The position numbers were made by a program, and so were the translations under genes. DNA of 64,000 bases from the NCBI GenBank assembly GCA_017557535.1, contig JAFYYM010000034.1, forward strand, positions 123,795-187,794. Reading direction: 5' to 3'. The notes below the pieces were generated by a model that saw only the letters and a list, made by a program, of their open reading frames with translations, was not told the DNA's origin and searched no databases. Numbering within the stretch: position 1 is the stretch's first letter; every line of letters starts with the position of its first letter. This stretch comes from Bacteroidales bacterium (GTDB taxonomy: Bacteria > Bacteroidota > Bacteroidia > Bacteroidales > UBA932). Shown one piece after another: positions 8,893 to 19,607 of this stretch.

Positions 8893-9714
8893 ATGAAACT
8901 TCATTGCGAGAATCTCGTCAAGAAATACGGCATCAGAACTGTCGTCAAAGGTGTCTCTATGGAAATCAACCAGGGAGAGATCGTAGGCTTCCTTGGACCT
9001 AACGGAGCCGGCAAGACCACCAGCTTCTATATGATCACAGGACAGATTGTGCCTAATGGCGGCAGGGTGTTCCTGGACGACGAGGACATCACTGAGCTCC
9101 CCATGTACAAGAGAGCCCAAAAGGGTATAGGCTATCTTCCCCAGGAAGCTTCAGTCTTCCGTAAGATGTCTGTTGAAGACAATATCATGTCCGTGATGGA
9201 GATGTCTGACATGAAAAAGGAGGAAAGGAAGGAAAGGTTAGAGAGCCTGATCAGTGAGTTCAATCTCTCAAAAGTGAGAAAGAGCCTCGGTATCCAGCTC
9301 TCAGGAGGTGAGAGGCGCCGTTGCGAGATAGCGAGGGCGCTTGCCATTGATCCGAAGTTCATCCTTCTTGACGAGCCTTTCGCCGGAGTCGACCCTATCG
9401 CCGTGGAAGACATCCAGTTCATCATCGCCAAGCTTAAGTACAAGGACATCGGAGTCATTATCACTGATCACAATGTCGGCGAGACGCTGGCCATCACCGA
9501 TAGGGCTTACCTGTTGTACGAAGGATCCATCCTTCAGCAAGGTACTCCTGAGTCGCTCGCGTCTGACGAGGATGTGCGCACTAAATACCTTGGATCCGGA
9601 TTCATCCTGAAGAAATCCGTCTCCGTTGAGCGGGCAAAGGCCGAGCATCAGGCCTTGGAGGAGGCTAAGGCCAAAGCCCTGGAGGAGACGATGGTTGAGA
9701 ACCCCTTAAACTAA
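8893..9714 (+). CDS. lptB: LPS export ABC transporter ATP-binding protein
   Basis: [44 protein letters not shown]. Confidence 0.93.
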   Translation: MKLHCENLVKKYGIRTVVKGVSMEINQGEIVGFLGPNGAGKTTSFYMITGQIVPNGGRVFLDDEDITELPMYKRAQKGIGYLPQEASVFRKMSVEDNIMSVMEMSDMKKEERKERLESLISEFNLSKVRKSLGIQLSGGERRRCEIARALAIDPKFILLDEPFAGVDPIAVEDIQFIIAKLKYKDIGVIITDHNVGETLAITDRAYLLYEGSILQQGTPESLASDEDVRTKYLGSGFILKKSVSVERAKAEHQALEEAKAKALEETMVENPLN

Positions 9715-9722
9715 AAAATATC

Positions 9723-10580
9723 ATGAGACGGACTTTATTAATATCCCTGCTGGCCTTGATGGCAGCCCTAATGATTCCATCAGACCTTTTTGGACAAGCC
9801 CAGATATTCACCAGGAAAGAGAAGCTTAAGGACCTGACCGCCAAGACTGTGAAGGTTGTCTTGAGCGGCGACGAGATTTTCGACGAAGCCTTGAAGCAAG
9901 CTGTCACCACATCATGGACAATCTCTCCTTATGAGTTCTGCACCAGTGAGGAATTCCAAAAGATAAAGACTGACAGCAAGTTCTACTTCCTTATTGTCGT
10001 GAAAGGACAGCAAAGAAAAGAAGCGGAGCCAGGCATCGACCTGCTCACCTTCGTCAAAGGTGGGGAAGGTGCCGACAAGTCCATCGAAGACATGCTTGAG
10101 GTTGTGACCTTCCCTCTCCGTTCCGCCGTGGATCCTTCCGGAAGGGAGTTCCTTCTCCTTCCCGCCTTCCTGACGATCATGCAGGAACACGCCCAAAACC
10201 TGACAAGTTCCGAGGTCAAGGCGTACACACCTCTTGGGGCAAATGACTCCAAGAAATTGAGGATGAAACAGATCTATTTCTGCGAGGAAGACTTCGCCCC
10301 TCAAGTGGACGATAAGACAGTGAGTTCGCTGGATGAGGATATATTCGTGAAAGAAGACGAGGAAGAAGTCGATGAGGTGTTCTCGAATGGCGTTTTCAAC
10401 GCCGTTGTGAGCTATGTTGTCGCCCCTTCCGAACCTGTCAATGGATCAGTTTGCTATAAGATGCTCATTGGCGCTGACAACCATAAGCTGTATTGGTACA
10501 AGAAGCATAAGATCTCTCCTCGTCAAGGTGCGGGATTCCTCGACAGCGACCTGAAAGCCATTAAACTTCTGAGGAAATAA
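9723..10580 (+). CDS. Hypothetical exported protein
   Basis: 285-aa ORF, hydrophobic signal-peptide-like N-terminus, coupled to neighbours; no motif recognised. Confidence 0.75.
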   Translation: MRRTLLISLLALMAALMIPSDLFGQAQIFTRKEKLKDLTAKTVKVVLSGDEIFDEALKQAVTTSWTISPYEFCTSEEFQKIKTDSKFYFLIVVKGQQRKEAEPGIDLLTFVKGGEGADKSIEDMLEVVTFPLRSAVDPSGREFLLLPAFLTIMQEHAQNLTSSEVKAYTPLGANDSKKLRMKQIYFCEEDFAPQVDDKTVSSLDEDIFVKEDEEEVDEVFSNGVFNAVVSYVVAPSEPVNGSVCYKMLIGADNHKLYWYKKHKISPRQGAGFLDSDLKAIKLLRK

Positions 10581-11809
10581 TGCTCGTTGGCAAAGCCCCT
10601 TGCGGGTTGCGATACGCTGTGAGAAGGAGCGGAAGAGCTGTAGGCTACTGCTCCCTGACTATCAAATGCGGAACCAGGGACGAAGGTTCCCACCACAGTG
10701 GTATCGCCCACTTCACCGAGCACACAATATTCAAAGGCACATCTAAAAAGAGCGCCAAAGTCATCAACAGTTATCTTGATCGGCTTGGGGGCGATCTGAA
10801 CGCGTTCACCACCAAAGAGGAGATTGTACTCCACTCCACAGTATTGAAAGAGGACCTCGGGAAAGCAGCCGCATTGCTGCTGGAGCTAGCCACATGCCCC
10901 ATATTCCCGGAGGAGGAAATCTCGATAGAGAAAGGAGTCGTGATCGACGAGATAAGCTCTTACAAAGACTCCCCCGCCGATGATGTGTTCGACAAATTCG
11001 AAGAGACCCTTCTGGCTGGTCATCCCCTTGGGAGACCTATCCTCGGAACCGCTGCTAGCGTGAGGAAAATCTCCGCTGAAGAGCTGAGGGCATTTGTCAA
11101 AGAGCGTTTCACTCCCGGGAACATGGCTCTCGCGATTGTCGCTGACATTGATGAGAAAAAGATGGAGCAAGGGGTGCTGAGACTCTCCGAAAAAGTATTT
11201 GACGGCTCCTGGTCCGAATCACCAGAGCGTATTCTCTGCCCGGTGGACACCCCCGCCTTGTTCAAAAAGACCGTGGATAAAAGGCACCATGAGGTCAATG
11301 CGGTGATCGGAGGATTGGCTCCTTCCCTTTATGACCAGGAAGGTCGATTCGCGGCCATTCTCCTGGCCAACATTGTCGGGGGACCTGCCTCGAATTCCAA
11401 ACTCAATGAACTCTTGAGGGAAAGGAACGGATGGGTGTACGGTGTCGAGACCTCTTACACCCAATACTCCGACACTGGTGTGATGGCAATATCGATGGGC
11501 TGCGACCGTTCCAATCTGGAGAAATGCTTGAGAGGTGTGGATAAAGTGATAAAGAGAATACAAGACGAGCTTTTGTCAGACTCGGCCATGAGAGCAGCCA
11601 AGAAGCAGCTTCTTGGTCAACTGGCTATCAGCTCAGACAACGGAGAGACCCAATGCCTCTCCATGGGGAAAAGCCTTATTTCTTTTGGAAACGTTTCCAC
11701 TGACCTTCAGAACAAGGAAGCTATAGAGGCGGTCACGGCCGATCGTGTACGTGAATCCGCCATGAGAATATTCAACCCGGAAACTTTATCATCCTTGATT
11801 TTTTTATGA
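10580..11809 (+). CDS. M16 family (pitrilysin-like) zinc peptidase
   Basis: HFTEH inverted zinc motif, LNAFTTKE, VIDEI. Confidence 0.9.
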   Translation: MLVGKAPCGLRYAVRRSGRAVGYCSLTIKCGTRDEGSHHSGIAHFTEHTIFKGTSKKSAKVINSYLDRLGGDLNAFTTKEEIVLHSTVLKEDLGKAAALLLELATCPIFPEEEISIEKGVVIDEISSYKDSPADDVFDKFEETLLAGHPLGRPILGTAASVRKISAEELRAFVKERFTPGNMALAIVADIDEKKMEQGVLRLSEKVFDGSWSESPERILCPVDTPALFKKTVDKRHHEVNAVIGGLAPSLYDQEGRFAAILLANIVGGPASNSKLNELLRERNGWVYGVETSYTQYSDTGVMAISMGCDRSNLEKCLRGVDKVIKRIQDELLSDSAMRAAKKQLLGQLAISSDNGETQCLSMGKSLISFGNVSTDLQNKEAIEAVTADRVRESAMRIFNPETLSSLIFL

Positions 11810-13248
11810 GACATTATCTTGATTTGGCGGCAGTAGCCGGATTGTTGGCACTGGCCGGATGCGGCAAGGTCGCTCCTCCTGAGCCGTACGGAGCCATTCC
11901 CTCCCCTCAGCAGGTTGAGTGGCAGAAAATGGAGATGAACATGTTCGCCCATTTCGGGCCAAACACGTTCACGGGCCTCGAGTGGGGTCTCGGAACCGAG
12001 GCTGAGGACATATTCAATCCGTCAGCACTCGATTGCGGACAGTGGGCATCCATAGCAAAAGCCGCTGGGTTCAAAGGGATAATAATCACCGGCAAGCACC
12101 ACGATGGTTTTTGCCTGTGGCCAAACCCGGTCAGCACCCACACGGTGGCCCAGAGTCCCTGGAAAGACGGTAAGGGAGACGTCTTGAAAGAGCTCTCAGA
12201 GGCATGCGCCGCTGAAGGGGTGAAATTCGGAGTGTACGTTTCTCCTTGGGACCGCAATGATCCCCACTACGGCACCCCTGAATACAATGATGTCTTTGTC
12301 AAAACCTTGGAGAGCGTCCATGACGGCAGGTACGGGACTGTATTTGAGCAATGGTTCGATGGAGCAAACGGTGAAGGGCCCAATGGGAAAAAGCAGGTCT
12401 ACAACTGGCCTCTGTTTCACGAGACAGTGCTGAAATATCAGCCTGAGGCCATCATGTTCAGCGACACCGGCCCTGGTTGCCGTTGGGTTGGAAATGAGAG
12501 TGGAGTTGCCGGAAAGACCAACTGGAGCACATTGAATATCAAGGGGCATACCCCGGGGGCAGGCGCTCCGCCAAGGGAGAGTCTCAACTGCGGAGATGTC
12601 CATGGAGAGAACTGGCATCCTGCCGAGACAGATGTCTCAATCCGTCCTGGCTGGTTCTGGAGAGAGAGCGAAAATGACAAGGTCAAATCGTTGAACCAGC
12701 TTTTGGGCATATATTACACAAGCGTCGGGCGGAATTCCCTGCTGCTGCTTAATGTCCCCCCGGATGATAGGGGCCTTATCAATGAGGCGGACTCCACGAG
12801 GCTGATGGAATTCCGGAAAGCTCTTGATGAGATATTCAAGGACAACCTCGCGGATGGGGCCAAAGTAAAGGCATCCGATGTGAGAGGACGCGGTTTCTCA
12901 GCCGCTAACATTCTGGATGGGAATTATGATTCATATTGGGCCACCAAGGATGGAATCACTGAGGCTTCCGTGACTTTCGACCTCGCTGGTGAAAAAACAT
13001 TCAACAGGGTTCTCCTACAGGAATACATTCCTCTGGGACAACGCGTTAACTCATTCACCGTCGAGGCGGAAGGCCCTGACGGACAATGGAAAGAGATCGC
13101 GAGCGAAACCACTATCGGCTACAAGAGAATAGTCCCCACAGAGAAGGTCACGACTTCACGGGTACGGGTGAATCTAGTAGCCTTCGCTCCATTGACGATT
13201 AACGGATTCGGGTTGTATATGGACAATATTTCAGATTATTCGGAATAA
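11806..13248 (+). CDS. GH29 alpha-L-fucosidase with C-terminal F5/8-like module, lipoprotein
   Basis: Lipobox LLALAGC; HFGPNTF, KHHDGF, YVSPWDRN, WFDGA, RWVGNE, SIRPGWF, SVGRNS. Confidence 0.88.
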   Translation: MRHYLDLAAVAGLLALAGCGKVAPPEPYGAIPSPQQVEWQKMEMNMFAHFGPNTFTGLEWGLGTEAEDIFNPSALDCGQWASIAKAAGFKGIIITGKHHDGFCLWPNPVSTHTVAQSPWKDGKGDVLKELSEACAAEGVKFGVYVSPWDRNDPHYGTPEYNDVFVKTLESVHDGRYGTVFEQWFDGANGEGPNGKKQVYNWPLFHETVLKYQPEAIMFSDTGPGCRWVGNESGVAGKTNWSTLNIKGHTPGAGAPPRESLNCGDVHGENWHPAETDVSIRPGWFWRESENDKVKSLNQLLGIYYTSVGRNSLLLLNVPPDDRGLINEADSTRLMEFRKALDEIFKDNLADGAKVKASDVRGRGFSAANILDGNYDSYWATKDGITEASVTFDLAGEKTFNRVLLQEYIPLGQRVNSFTVEAEGPDGQWKEIASETTIGYKRIVPTEKVTTSRVRVNLVAFAPLTINGFGLYMDNISDYSE

Positions 13249-13252
13249 TTGC

Positions 13253-13260
13253 TATTTTTG
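13253..13260 (+). promoter_or_regulatory. -7 promoter box upstream of GH109 gene
   Basis: TATTTTTG in the intergenic gap. Confidence 0.5.
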
Positions 13261-13313
13261 GAATGATGTCTGTCATTCAGTGCGAAACAAAGAATTAATA
13301 TTACCATAACATC

Positions 13314-14699
13314 ATGAGAATCAAGAGTTTCCTTGCAACCTCGCTGCTAATATTCGCAGTGGCTTGCACATCTAACAAGACCGCTGGTCCTATCAAGGTG
13401 AAGGTTCCCGCCCGCCCCGCCGGACAGGAAAATGCGATCGCTCTTACAGTTCCGGCTATGGATACTGTCCGAGTCGGATTCGTGGGCCTCGGAATGAGAG
13501 GCTCCGGGGCTGTCCCCCGCTTCACATACATCCCTGGTGTCAAAATCGTCGCCTTGTGCGATGTCGTTCCCGAGAATGTTGAAAGATCACAGAAGACATT
13601 GGAGGACAGGGGTTTCCCGAGGGCTGCGGAGTATTCAGGTGACACTGAGGCGTACAAACAGCTCTGCGAGAGGGACGATGTGGACCTCGTCTACATCTGT
13701 ACCGACTGGGTGCATCACATCCCCGTGGCTTTATACGCATTGGAGCATGGCAAGAACGTCGCTTGCGAAGTACCATCAGCGACTAACTTGCAGGAAATCT
13801 GGGATGTGATCAATATGGTCGAGAAGACACGCAAGCATTTCATCATGCTTGAGAACTGCTGCTATGACTTTTTCGAGCTTTCTTGCCTGTCAATGGCCCA
13901 GGCCGGCGTATTCGGCGAGATTCTTCATGTTGAAGGATCCTACCTCCACAACCTGGATCCTTTCTGGGACGCTTATTGGAACAATTGGAGGCTTGACTTC
14001 AATGAGAAACACAAGGGTGACCTTTATGCCACCCATGGCCTGGGTCCTGTGGCTCAGGTGCTTAACATCCATCGTGGTGACCGCTTCAAGACCCTCGTGG
14101 CGATGGAGACCAAAGCCGTCAACGGCCCTCGCAATGTAGAGAAGAGGCAGGGACGCAAGAGTGAGGACTTCCAGAACGGAGACGAGACCAGCACCATGAT
14201 CAGCACAGAGCTTGGCAAAACCATCCTGATCGAGCACGATGTCATGACTCCGAGGCCTTACAGCAGGATGTACCAGCTCGTTGGCACCGAGGGTTATGCC
14301 GGGAAATATCCGATTCAGCAGATTATTCTTCGCGGCGACCAGTTCACTGAGACCCCCAGCATCGAGGACTTCAACACCGAGAAGCGTCTTTCCAGAGAGG
14401 AAATAGCTGAGTATCAAGAGAAATACCGCAACCCGATCCTGACTCCGGAGCTTGAGGCCCTTGCCAAGGAGGTTGGCGGACACGGTGGAATGGACTTCAT
14501 TATGGATTACCGTCTCATCTACTGCCTGCGCAACGGTTTGCCTCTCGACATGGATGTCTATGACATGGCTGAGTGGTGCTGCCTCGCGGAGCTTGGTGAG
14601 ATCTCTATCAAGAACGGCAACATGCCCGTCGAAGTCCCTGATTTCACCCGCGGCGCCTGGAACCAGCTCAAGGGCTTCTCCTACGCCTTTGCGAAGTAG
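13314..14699 (+). CDS. Gfo/Idh/MocA oxidoreductase, GH109-like (NAD+-dependent alpha-N-acetylgalactosaminidase family), lipoprotein
   Basis: Lipobox FAVAC; VGLGMRG Rossmann motif, ACEVP, MLENCCY, YATHGLGP, GHGGMD, PDFTRG. Confidence 0.8.
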   Translation: MRIKSFLATSLLIFAVACTSNKTAGPIKVKVPARPAGQENAIALTVPAMDTVRVGFVGLGMRGSGAVPRFTYIPGVKIVALCDVVPENVERSQKTLEDRGFPRAAEYSGDTEAYKQLCERDDVDLVYICTDWVHHIPVALYALEHGKNVACEVPSATNLQEIWDVINMVEKTRKHFIMLENCCYDFFELSCLSMAQAGVFGEILHVEGSYLHNLDPFWDAYWNNWRLDFNEKHKGDLYATHGLGPVAQVLNIHRGDRFKTLVAMETKAVNGPRNVEKRQGRKSEDFQNGDETSTMISTELGKTILIEHDVMTPRPYSRMYQLVGTEGYAGKYPIQQIILRGDQFTETPSIEDFNTEKRLSREEIAEYQEKYRNPILTPELEALAKEVGGHGGMDFIMDYRLIYCLRNGLPLDMDVYDMAEWCCLAELGEISIKNGNMPVEVPDFTRGAWNQLKGFSYAFAK

Positions 14700-14703
14700 A
14701 TAG

Positions 14704-15705
14704 TTATAATACTTCCAGAGTCTTTCCCGTGTCTTTCAGGGAAAGGATGACCGGGTGACTGAAACCAGAATTAGGCCGGTGGAACACTAATTTGATATTC
14801 CCGTAAAAGTCACGGAATAACATTGAGTGTCCACCGTCCTCTTCGATTATCGGCTCATCATCGCATGTCCATGGACCTGCGAGCTTGCCTGAAGCTGAAC
14901 GGGCTATACCGACACAGTACGTGTCCTTGAAAGAGGACCATAGCATCACCAACTCACCACCGCTAGTACGGTACAGGAATGGCCCGTCAGATACATAAGA
15001 CTTCCGGATACCGCCATTCTCGTCTTTCCAGTCAGAAAGCCCTTTTGTCCACTTGGCGTCAGAAGCCTTGAACAAGACGGAGGGCTCGCCAATGGTTCCA
15101 GACAAGTCTTCTTTCAGTCTTATCACCTCATAAGTTCCATCGACAATTTGGACCCATTCATGGCAGAATACCATGAATGGGACTCCATCCTCTACCCATA
15201 GAGTCCCGTCCAAGGCCATATAATCCTTGGGAGTAGTGACATCTTTCCCCAGCGGGAGAAAAGGACCGGAGGGACTGTCCGCACGGAATATCTGTGTCCC
15301 ACGATATGTGAAAGACGGCCAACCTTCCACCTTATCTGCCCAAGTCTTATCAGTATTGAGGGTCGCGAAGAGGTACCACTTCCCTTTATAGTAGTGAACT
15401 TCTGGAGCCCATACCACACCGGTAAGTGAATTATCCTCCGGAACGGTGAACACCCTCTCAGGGCCATACCATTTCTCAAGGTCGCCGCTCCGGAACACTT
15501 CCACGCCTCCCAATCCCTCAGCAGTCGTCGAACTTCGATAGAGATAATAAGTCTTCGTGTTTTTGTCAGCCACTATGAACGGATCCCTGCAGTAGATGCT
15601 GTCAAGGACAAGATAATCACCTGTTTCCCATGATTGATGTCCCCGGCCACAACTAGCCAGGGACAAAACCAACAAAATAGATGGAATGATTCTGCTTAAA
15701 GACAT
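14704..15705 (-). CDS. GH43 family glycoside hydrolase, lipoprotein
   Basis: Lipobox LSLASC; RDPF, WAPEV, LDGT, HEW, SDGP, GGH; last gene of arabinose operon. Confidence 0.85.
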   Translation of the reverse strand: MSLSRIIPSILLVLSLASCGRGHQSWETGDYLVLDSIYCRDPFIVADKNTKTYYLYRSSTTAEGLGGVEVFRSGDLEKWYGPERVFTVPEDNSLTGVVWAPEVHYYKGKWYLFATLNTDKTWADKVEGWPSFTYRGTQIFRADSPSGPFLPLGKDVTTPKDYMALDGTLWVEDGVPFMVFCHEWVQIVDGTYEVIRLKEDLSGTIGEPSVLFKASDAKWTKGLSDWKDENGGIRKSYVSDGPFLYRTSGGELVMLWSSFKDTYCVGIARSASGKLAGPWTCDDEPIIEEDGGHSMLFRDFYGNIKLVFHRPNSGFSHPVILSLKDTGKTLEVL

Positions 15706-17336
15706 TGTTCAGTGAAGTTACCAAGGACAGTGTATTTCTTAAACAACTCAGAGTAGACTTCCCCACGAGCCGGGTCTGGAATATACTCTTTAGAGAACCC
15801 GGAATTCATTGCATCAATAGCATCTTCTACCTTGTCATAAACGCCTGCGGCAGTCGCGGCGAACATGGCGGCTCCAAGGGCACAAGCTTGCATGGTCTTG
15901 CAGACCTTGATCGGCTTACCGAGAACATCACTCATGACCTGCATCACGAATGGCGACTTCAAGGCGATTCCACCAATACCGATAACCTCTTCTATATGAA
16001 TACCTTCCTCAACAAAACGGTCATGGATGGCCTTCGTGCCGAATGCCGTGGCCTCGACAAGGGCCCTGAAAATCATCGGAGCGGTCGTGCCAAGAGTGAA
16101 GCCAGTGATGGCTCCCTTGACAAGAGGATTGGCGTCCGGGGTACGACGTCCGTTGACCCAATCAGTGGCCAGCATGGCGCTCTCAGAGATCGGAACCTGC
16201 TCTGCCTCAATCGTCAATGACGGTATTATATTCTCACAAGCCTCTGTCAAAGCCTCTCCATCAAGTCCAGAGACGGTCTTAAGAGGCCACTCCAGAACTT
16301 TCCGGAACATGGCATAAACATCCCCGAAACTGGACTGACCGGCCTCTAAGCCCACCATTCCAGGGATAACAGACCCGTCGACCTGGCCGCATATTCCCCT
16401 GATACATTTGTCTCCTATCTCCTCATAGGGAACCACCATCACATCGCAAGTCGAGGTGCCTATCACCCTAACTAGAGAACCAGGCTTTACTCCCGCACCA
16501 ACAGCACCCATATGGCAGTCGAAGGCTCCCCCTGCCACAACGACACTCACGCTGAGGCCCAGTCTCGCCGCCCATTCAGGACAGAGGTAACCAACTGGCT
16601 TATCGGCTGTCTCAGTCTTGTCGAAGAGCTTTCCCCTCCAACCTGCCAGAAGCGGATCCACACCAGCGAGGAACTCCTCCGGAGGAAGTCCACCCCACTT
16701 CTCGCTCCACATTGACTTATGTCCCTGAGCGCAACGGCTACGGATGATGTCCCTATGGTTGGTTACCCCAGTCAACACCGCCGGAAGCCACTCGCAACAC
16801 TCCACGATGGTGCTGGCTTTTGATGCGATCTCAGGAGAGTTCCTAAGGATATGCAATGCCTTGGCCCAGAACCACTCGGAGCTGTATATGCCGCCTTCAA
16901 ACATAGAATAATCCACATCGGAAGCTTTGCAAGCCTCATTGATCTCAGCAGCCTCCTGGATCGCTGTGTGATCCTTCCAAAGCACGAACATCGCATCCGG
17001 ATCGGATGAATATTCCTCGCTCATAGCAAGCGGTGTTCCGGTCCAGTCCGCGAACGCAGGAGTGGAACCAGTTGTGTCAAAGGCGATTCCGACCACGTTG
17101 GGAGCCACCTCTGGAGAGCATTTGGCCAAGGCGTCTTTGACGGTGAATTCCAACACCTCAAGATAGTCCTTGGGATGCTGACGCCACTGATTTGCCTGCG
17201 GGTCACAGTAAAGGCCCCTAGACCAACGAGGATAATTCTTGACGCTGGAGGCGAGGATCTCCCCTGTCTCAGCATTGACTACGAGAGCCCTCGCGGAATC
17301 GGTGCCGTAGTCCAATCCTATGACGTATCTTGCCAT
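15696..17336 (-). CDS. araB: L-ribulokinase (FGGY)
   Basis: GLDYGTDSAR, VLWKDHTA, YSSEWFW, GTSTC, LEAGQS, NGRRTP; adjacent araA/araD. Confidence 0.93.
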   Translation of the reverse strand: MARYVIGLDYGTDSARALVVNAETGEILASSVKNYPRWSRGLYCDPQANQWRQHPKDYLEVLEFTVKDALAKCSPEVAPNVVGIAFDTTGSTPAFADWTGTPLAMSEEYSSDPDAMFVLWKDHTAIQEAAEINEACKASDVDYSMFEGGIYSSEWFWAKALHILRNSPEIASKASTIVECCEWLPAVLTGVTNHRDIIRSRCAQGHKSMWSEKWGGLPPEEFLAGVDPLLAGWRGKLFDKTETADKPVGYLCPEWAARLGLSVSVVVAGGAFDCHMGAVGAGVKPGSLVRVIGTSTCDVMVVPYEEIGDKCIRGICGQVDGSVIPGMVGLEAGQSSFGDVYAMFRKVLEWPLKTVSGLDGEALTEACENIIPSLTIEAEQVPISESAMLATDWVNGRRTPDANPLVKGAITGFTLGTTAPMIFRALVEATAFGTKAIHDRFVEEGIHIEEVIGIGGIALKSPFVMQVMSDVLGKPIKVCKTMQACALGAAMFAATAAGVYDKVEDAIDAMNSGFSKEYIPDPARGEVYSELFKKYTVLGNFTEQCL

Positions 17337-17337
17337 A

Positions 17338-18879
17338 TTACTTCAAAGCTTTTCCGAGGAGGTAATATATCTCATTGATTTTCAAATCCTTCTTAACTCC
17401 CTCGAGGGTGGTGTCCGCACCGATTTTGACCATCTCGATGTCGGCGATCTCGGCGTAATCCTCCCAATACTCGGGAGTGAGGTCATAGGAGAAGCAAGAG
17501 TGATGGGTTCCACCGGCCATCATCCAAGCGGCGGCTCCTATCTCAAAACTCGGCCTCGGAATCCATAACGCTGAAGCGACAGGCAGTTTAGGGAGAGGTT
17601 TGGGCTTGATGCAATCCACCTCGTTAACCACAAGGCGGAAACGCCCGCCCATGTCGACCACGGTGGCTGCGACTCCATAACCGGTCTTACTTGTGAACAC
17701 GAGACGGGCGGTAGGGGTCTTGCGGATGCCGATTCCCAACTCATGGACCTCCAGTTTGGGTCTATGGGCGGCTATCAGAGGGCAGATCTCAAGCATGTGG
17801 GCCTGAAGGATAGCTGAAGACGGACCGTCAAAATTGAGGGTGTAGTCCTCAAGGAAGGAACATCCCTCTGACAATCCTCTTGTCATGAACCAAACAGTCC
17901 TGTACAAGGCGGCGGACTTCCAGTCACCCTCTGCTCCAAAACCATAACCCTCTTCCATAAGGCGCTGTGAGGCAAGGCCGGGAATCTGGTCGAAACCTCT
18001 TCCGGTCTCCTCAACATTGACATCCCCAAGATCGTCGAAATTGGTCGTGAAACCCTTCGCCTTCTTGTCTTCGAGAATGGCCCTCAGAGTCAGCTCGGCC
18101 TTGGCGGATCTCCAAATCTTGCAGTAAGGAAGGGAGCCTTTCTCCTCAAGAGAGGAATCATGGTCATACAGTTTGAAATAATCCCCGACAAGAGCGTCAA
18201 CTTCAGAATCGGCGACCTTGTCGAAATAGGTCATAAGCTCGCTGAAAGGCACATAGTCAACGTGATAGCCGAGTCTCATCTCCGCCTCTACCTTGTCACC
18301 GTCAGTGACAGCCACATTATTCATCTGGTCGCCGAACCGTAGGATTCTCATGTCTTTCGCATCGGCCCATGCGGCAGCCACCCTCTCCCATACGGCGATA
18401 TGACCAAGAGTCGCGGGATCTTTCCAATAACCCACCACGGTCTTGTGGTTCTTACGCATGCGGGCGAGTATATGAGCATATTCCCTATCTCCATGAGCAC
18501 TCTGGTTGAGATTCATGAAATCCATATCCATGGTCTCCCAAGGAATCTCCTTGTTGTACTGGGTGTGGAGATGGAGAAGAGGCTTACGGAGCGCCTGAAG
18601 CCCATGAATCCACATCTTGGCTGGGGAGAAAGTGTGCATCCAGGTGATGACACCCACGCACCTGGGATCGCTTTCCGCCCTGGACATCACATCCAGGACT
18701 TCGGTTGAAGAGTTGGCGGTGCCTTTATAAACGACCTTCACCGGCAGTAGGCCGGAGGCGTTCATCCCTGCCACCATCTCATTGGAGTGACCGTCCACTT
18801 GGACCACAGCGTCACCACCGTAGAGCAGCTGCGCTCCAGTGACGAACCAGACTTCGTAGTTTTCGAATTGCTTTATCAT
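17338..18879 (-). CDS. araA: L-arabinose isomerase
   Basis: WMHTFSPAKMW, MNLNQSAHGDRE, GFGAEGDWK, AHMLE, AGGTHH. Confidence 0.96.
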   Translation of the reverse strand: MIKQFENYEVWFVTGAQLLYGGDAVVQVDGHSNEMVAGMNASGLLPVKVVYKGTANSSTEVLDVMSRAESDPRCVGVITWMHTFSPAKMWIHGLQALRKPLLHLHTQYNKEIPWETMDMDFMNLNQSAHGDREYAHILARMRKNHKTVVGYWKDPATLGHIAVWERVAAAWADAKDMRILRFGDQMNNVAVTDGDKVEAEMRLGYHVDYVPFSELMTYFDKVADSEVDALVGDYFKLYDHDSSLEEKGSLPYCKIWRSAKAELTLRAILEDKKAKGFTTNFDDLGDVNVEETGRGFDQIPGLASQRLMEEGYGFGAEGDWKSAALYRTVWFMTRGLSEGCSFLEDYTLNFDGPSSAILQAHMLEICPLIAAHRPKLEVHELGIGIRKTPTARLVFTSKTGYGVAATVVDMGGRFRLVVNEVDCIKPKPLPKLPVASALWIPRPSFEIGAAAWMMAGGTHHSCFSYDLTPEYWEDYAEIADIEMVKIGADTTLEGVKKDLKINEIYYLLGKALK

Positions 18880-18886
18880 GTTGATA

Positions 18887-19600
18887 CTATTTTTTTTGTC
18901 CGTAATATGCGTCGGGACCGTGTTTACGGCTATAATGTTTCTCTATAAGATGCTTGTTCATCGAAGGTTCATGGTCGATGACATCAAGTGTGGGTAACTG
19001 CAGGGTCGAGGAGATGAACGCCATCTTGGCCACTTCCTCGAGCACCACGGCGTTATGGACAGCGTTGAACACGTCGGCCCCCCAGGTGAAAGGCCCATGG
19101 TTCCTGACAAGGACAGCGGGAGTGTCATCGGGAGACATATTCCTGAAACGCTCCACTATCACATTGCCAGTCTCCTTCTCGTACTCCCCGAACACCTCCG
19201 CCTTCTTCATGTCGCGGGTGCAAGGGATGTCGTCATGGAAATAATCGGAATGGGTCGTCCCTATGTTAGGGATATTCCTGCCCACCTGCGCCCATGCCGT
19301 GGCATAAGTAGAGTGGGTATGAACCACCCCTCCGATATTCGGAAACGACTTGTAGAGAACAAGATGCGTCGGAGTGTCCGAGGATGGTCTCAACGATCCT
19401 TCCACTATATTCCCCTCCAAATCGACCACTACCATGTCTTCCGGCTTCATCGCATCATAGGCGACTCCGCTGGGTTTGATCACCACAAGTCCGGACTCCC
19501 GGTCAATCGCCGAGGCGTTGCCCCAAGTGAAAAGGACCAGGCCGCTTTTGACGAGATCAAGATTAGCTTGCCAGACTTTTGTTTTCAGTTCTTCCAACAT
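18887..19600 (-). CDS. araD: L-ribulose-5-phosphate 4-epimerase
   Basis: [36 protein letters not shown]. Confidence 0.95.
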   Translation of the reverse strand: MLEELKTKVWQANLDLVKSGLVLFTWGNASAIDRESGLVVIKPSGVAYDAMKPEDMVVVDLEGNIVEGSLRPSSDTPTHLVLYKSFPNIGGVVHTHSTYATAWAQVGRNIPNIGTTHSDYFHDDIPCTRDMKKAEVFGEYEKETGNVIVERFRNMSPDDTPAVLVRNHGPFTWGADVFNAVHNAVVLEEVAKMAFISSTLQLPTLDVIDHEPSMNKHLIEKHYSRKHGPDAYYGQKK

Positions 19601-19607
19601 AATAATC

